Assembly: GCA_963769025.1 (NCBI GenBank)
Contig: CAVYKI010000003.1
Location: forward strand, 864,001 to 928,000
Length of the DNA stretch: 64,000 bases
From: an uncultured Verrucomicrobiae bacterium
GTDB taxonomy: Bacteria > Verrucomicrobiota > Verrucomicrobiia > Chthoniobacterales > Chthoniobacteraceae
Direction of reading: 5' to 3'
In this document: positions 60,826-64,000 of the stretch, piece after piece
How positions within the stretch are numbered: the stretch's first letter is position 1
Layout: each line of letters starts with the position of its first letter
Made by a program: the position numbers and the translations under genes
Notes under the pieces: generated by a model
Database searches by the model: none
What the model was told of the DNA's origin: nothing
The model's input: only the letters and a program-made list of their open reading frames with translations

Positions 60826-62099
60826 CGGTTCGCGGCGTAATACGCGCGCAGCCCGGCGACCAGCGCATCCGCATACTCGCGGAAAATGCTGCGGCGCATT
60901 TTGCCCGCGACCTCGCGCTCGCCCTCGTAGTCGCCGGCCTGGATGCGCGCATAGGTCTCCGCGTTGTTCATCCGGTACGGTTCGAGATACACCACCGGGC
61001 ATTCGAAAATCCGGTTCGCGAGAAGGTTCCGCGCCCAGATGTATTCGTTCGCGCCCGTGCGCACGGCGTTGCCGGTCATGTAGGCGAAAGGCGGGAGCGC
61101 CGTCGCCTCGGCGAGCGCCGTCGCGACGGGCCGCGCGGCGGCAGCTTCCTCCGCGTGGATGCGGCTCAGCAGGCGGTACAGCATCCCGAAGCGCTGGTCG
61201 TCGAAGCGCAATTCGCCCGCGCTGTAACAGCCGTTCACCAGCACGTGCAGATCGTTCCTGTCCGTGAAGACCGGATTCGCCGGATCGCTCCAGTCGTCCG
61301 CGTTGAAATGAATGCACACGACGAGGTCCGGGCGGATTTTGTCGTTCACCTTCCGCGCCCGCTCGTGGATTTCCGCGATGCGGTAAAACATCCGCTCCGC
61401 CTGCCACTGCACCGTGTTCATCTTCAGCGGATCGCGCGCGCCGTCGTAGTTCTCCCGCGCGCCGGTGACGCCGAGCAGCTCCAGCTCCTTCCGCGCCGCG
61501 GGGCGCAACGCATCCACCGTGAACGGCGACGACGGAACCGCGCTGTCCCGCACGAACTCCACTTCCGCACCGAGCGCACCCAACTGTCCGGCGGCCAGCT
61601 TTGCGACCAGCAGCGTCATGTCGCCCTCCTGCACCGGCGCTTCGTTTTGCAGCTGAAAGGACCGCTCCTCCATCAGCGCCCAGTCCCCGCCGATGTGCCC
61701 CGGGTCCAGCGCGAGCCGCACACCCGCGAGCGGCCGTTCCGGGGGCGCGGGCGCAAGCTGCGCCGCTGGGTTCCACGGGCGCGGGGGAGCCTTCGCGGCG
61801 GCCGCGTCCTTTGCGAAACGCAGCACGAACTTCGCCGGCGGAGTCAGCGTCGTGAAAATCACCGCGTCCGTTTCGCGCACCTCGATCACCCCTGCCGCCG
61901 CGCCGCCCGGCGCATACACCGCGTCCAGCAGACGGCAAAATTCCTCCTTCGTCATCGTCTCCTGAAATGCCTCCAGCCGCGTCCAGTCCGGCACCGGCGC
62001 GAGCGGCGTGAGGCGCTGCGCGAGCGCCGCGTGGCACACGAGCACCAGCGAAACGAGGGGGGCAAGTAGGGGCAGACGGAACGTCACGGGCATCGTCAT
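60801..62099 (-). CDS. N-acetylmuramoyl-L-alanine amidase-like protein
   Basis: Signal peptide; LDPGH..EG, CIHFN, VYLEP zinc-amidase pattern. Confidence 0.75.
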   Translation of the reverse strand: MTMPVTFRLPLLAPLVSLVLVCHAALAQRLTPLAPVPDWTRLEAFQETMTKEEFCRLLDAVYAPGGAAAGVIEVRETDAVIFTTLTPPAKFVLRFAKDAAAAKAPPRPWNPAAQLAPAPPERPLAGVRLALDPGHIGGDWALMEERSFQLQNEAPVQEGDMTLLVAKLAAGQLGALGAEVEFVRDSAVPSSPFTVDALRPAARKELELLGVTGARENYDGARDPLKMNTVQWQAERMFYRIAEIHERARKVNDKIRPDLVVCIHFNADDWSDPANPVFTDRNDLHVLVNGCYSAGELRFDDQRFGMLYRLLSRIHAEEAAAARPVATALAEATALPPFAYMTGNAVRTGANEYIWARNLLANRIFECPVVYLEPYRMNNAETYARIQAGDYEGEREVAGKMRRSIFREYADALVAGLRAYYAANRQPGTVPK

Positions 62100-62178
62100 A
62101 CTCCGCGTCCGAGCCGCGGTCACGTCGCCATTCACGGTGCCCGCCGCAAGACACCCGAAAATCAGGAAAGGAATGTTG

Positions 62179-62271
62179 AAACGCGGAGGCGCAGAGACGC
62201 GGAGAGGAGAACGGAAATGGGCAGGCGTTTCGCGACCACTTCTCCCTCTGCGTCTCCGCGTCTCTGCGTTT
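62179..62271. repeat. Nonamer-periodic inverted repeat element
   Basis: AACGCGGAGGCGCAGAGACGCGGAG ... CTCTGCGTCTCCGCGTCTCTGCGTT. Confidence 0.85.
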
Positions 62272-62343
62272 AAAATGAACTCCCCGTGCCCCTCGCGTCC
62301 TTCATGGTGACAAAGCCGCGCGCTTCCGCCATCGTCGCCGGCA

Positions 62344-63141
62344 ATGTTGAAGCTCCTTTTTCTTGGCGATGTCGTTGGCGAACCGGGCCGCAAGGCCGTG
62401 ATCGAAACAGTGCCCCGGTGGCGCGAGGAGCGCGGGATCGATTTCGTCGTCGTCAATGGCGAGAACTCCGCGAACGGCCGCGGCATCACGCCAAAGATTT
62501 GCACCGACCTCCTGCGCGCGCGCGTCGCCGTCATCACGAGCGGCGACCACATCTGGGATCAAAAGGACATCATCCCGCACCTCGACATGGAGCCGCGCCT
62601 GCTGCGTCCCCTCAACTACCCGCCCGCCACGCCGGGTCGCGGCAGCATCGTCCTCGACACGCCGAAGGGGAGGGTCGCCGTCATCAACGTCCAGGGCCGC
62701 ACCTTCATGCAGCCGCCGCTGGAAAATCCCTTCCTCGCCATGCAGGCTGAGGTCGATCGGCTGCGGCAGGAGACGCCCGTCATTTTCGTGGACATGCACG
62801 CCGAGACCACGAGCGAGAAAATCGCCATGGGCCGCTTCCTCGACGGTCGCGTGAGCGCGGTCGTCGGCACGCACACGCACACTCAGACGGCCGACGAACA
62901 GATTTTCCCCGGCGGCACCGCCTTTCTCTGCGACGCGGGAATGTGCGGCCCGCAGGTGAGCTGCCTCGGCCGCGAGATCGAGCCCATCATCCACCGATTC
63001 CTCACCGGCCGCCCCATCCAGTACCCCGTCGCCGGCGGCCCCGTGAAACTCCACGGCGCGATGATCGAGATCGACGAATCCACCGGCCGCGCCCTGAAAA
63101 TCGAGCGCATTGCCGAGGTCTTCCACCCGTCGCACGGCTGA
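62344..63141 (+). CDS. ymdB: YmdB/TIGR00282 metallophosphoesterase
   Basis: GDVVG, NGENS, HAETTSEK, GTHTH, DAGMCGP. Confidence 0.93.
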   Translation: MLKLLFLGDVVGEPGRKAVIETVPRWREERGIDFVVVNGENSANGRGITPKICTDLLRARVAVITSGDHIWDQKDIIPHLDMEPRLLRPLNYPPATPGRGSIVLDTPKGRVAVINVQGRTFMQPPLENPFLAMQAEVDRLRQETPVIFVDMHAETTSEKIAMGRFLDGRVSAVVGTHTHTQTADEQIFPGGTAFLCDAGMCGPQVSCLGREIEPIIHRFLTGRPIQYPVAGGPVKLHGAMIEIDESTGRALKIERIAEVFHPSHG

Positions 63142-63165
63142 GGCCGGCCGACGTCTCGGCGAGGC

Positions 63166-64000
63166 TCAGTTGTCCCCCGCGCCCTTTTTCTTTTTGGCGG
63201 GTTTCGCCGGCTGCTCGTCGAGTTTCTTTTTCAGCTCCTCCAGCACGGTGGACTCCTGGCGCTTGAGCCACGTCTCGTAGCCCTTCGTGCGGCCGCCGAG
63301 GTATTTCAGCGCCTCGAAGTCTTCGCCTTTCCCGAGTGCGCGCGGATCGCCGTCCTCCTTCAGCAGGCGCATCATCGTGTAGCGCATCTCGTCGAGCACG
63401 GGCGCGAGGGCGAGGTCGTTCGCGAGGTTGTTCACGCATTCGGGGTCGCGCTTGATGTCGTAGAGTTCGTCCGCCGGACGCTTGCCAAACGCGAGGTCGT
63501 AGAAATGTCCGCCGAGCGCCTTCACGACTTCCTTCGACGGGCCGGGGTCGCAGTTGCCGAAGTCCGTCTCGGGATTGCCGACCGGCCAGCGCTCGGGGTG
63601 GAAGTTGTGGACGTAGAGAAAGTCCTTCGTGCGCAGCGCGCGCACCGGATAGCCCAGGTCGTTCGGGCCGCCCGATGTCGTGGCGCTCCTTGCCGGCGAG
63701 CATCGTGTCGCGGTTCTCGATCCAGCCGGATTTTTCCGAGCGCAAAATGGCCGCAAGGCTCTTGCCGGTCATCTGCGGGTGCGGCTTGAGGCCGGCGAGT
63801 TCCAGGTACGTCGGCGCGAAGTCGCGCACGTTGACGAAATCCTCGACGACGCGGCCCGGCTTGATCCCCTTGCCCCAGCGCATCGCGAGCGGGAGATGGA
63901 ACCCATCCTCGTGGATCTGCCCCTTCACAAACGGAAACGGCATGCCGTGATCCGAGGTGACGACGACCAGCGTGTTCTTCGAGCACGCCCGCCGTCCTCG
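63166..64000 (-). CDS. Sulfatase, C-terminal part (runs off window; frameshift near 63670)
   Basis: TSDHGMPFP..KG, DFAPT, ERHD, YPVR, ELYD..DP. Confidence 0.88.

Overview
GC-rich bacterial chromosomal window. Gene content (DUF5069, DUF1501, stand-alone SWIB, YHYH, sulfatases) suggests Verrucomicrobiota, possibly Chthoniobacterales-like; this is inference only. Most of it is housekeeping or metabolic: MBOAT/SGNH pair, mtnA, galE, fabD, nadA, deoC-ALDH, xerD, thiG, hisF, a MacAB-type ABC system, glgE, rodZ-like, ftsK, rpoN, apbE, mutS, upp and ymdB. Frameshifts cluster in patches (26.2-29.6 kb, 51-53.6 kb, and several before 8 kb), most likely consensus indel errors. Most notable: (i) a 3.9-6.9 kb accessory island with an orphan gene, a 9 x 42-bp hairpin array, a truncated integron integrase, an attI-like site, one cassette and an IS91-like remnant; (ii) a four-helix-bundle gene bracketed by heptamer repeats and a 6-bp direct repeat, separating an ABC ATPase from a same-frame permease, with other heptamer elements elsewhere including inside mutS; (iii) a four-gene, translationally coupled membrane/GTPase operon; (iv) a candidate structured ncRNA at 41.7-41.9 kb; (v) a YHYH-PEBP fusion, atypical sulfatase and phosphatase cluster with a visible operator motif. 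Family names come from motif recognition by eye, not database searches.
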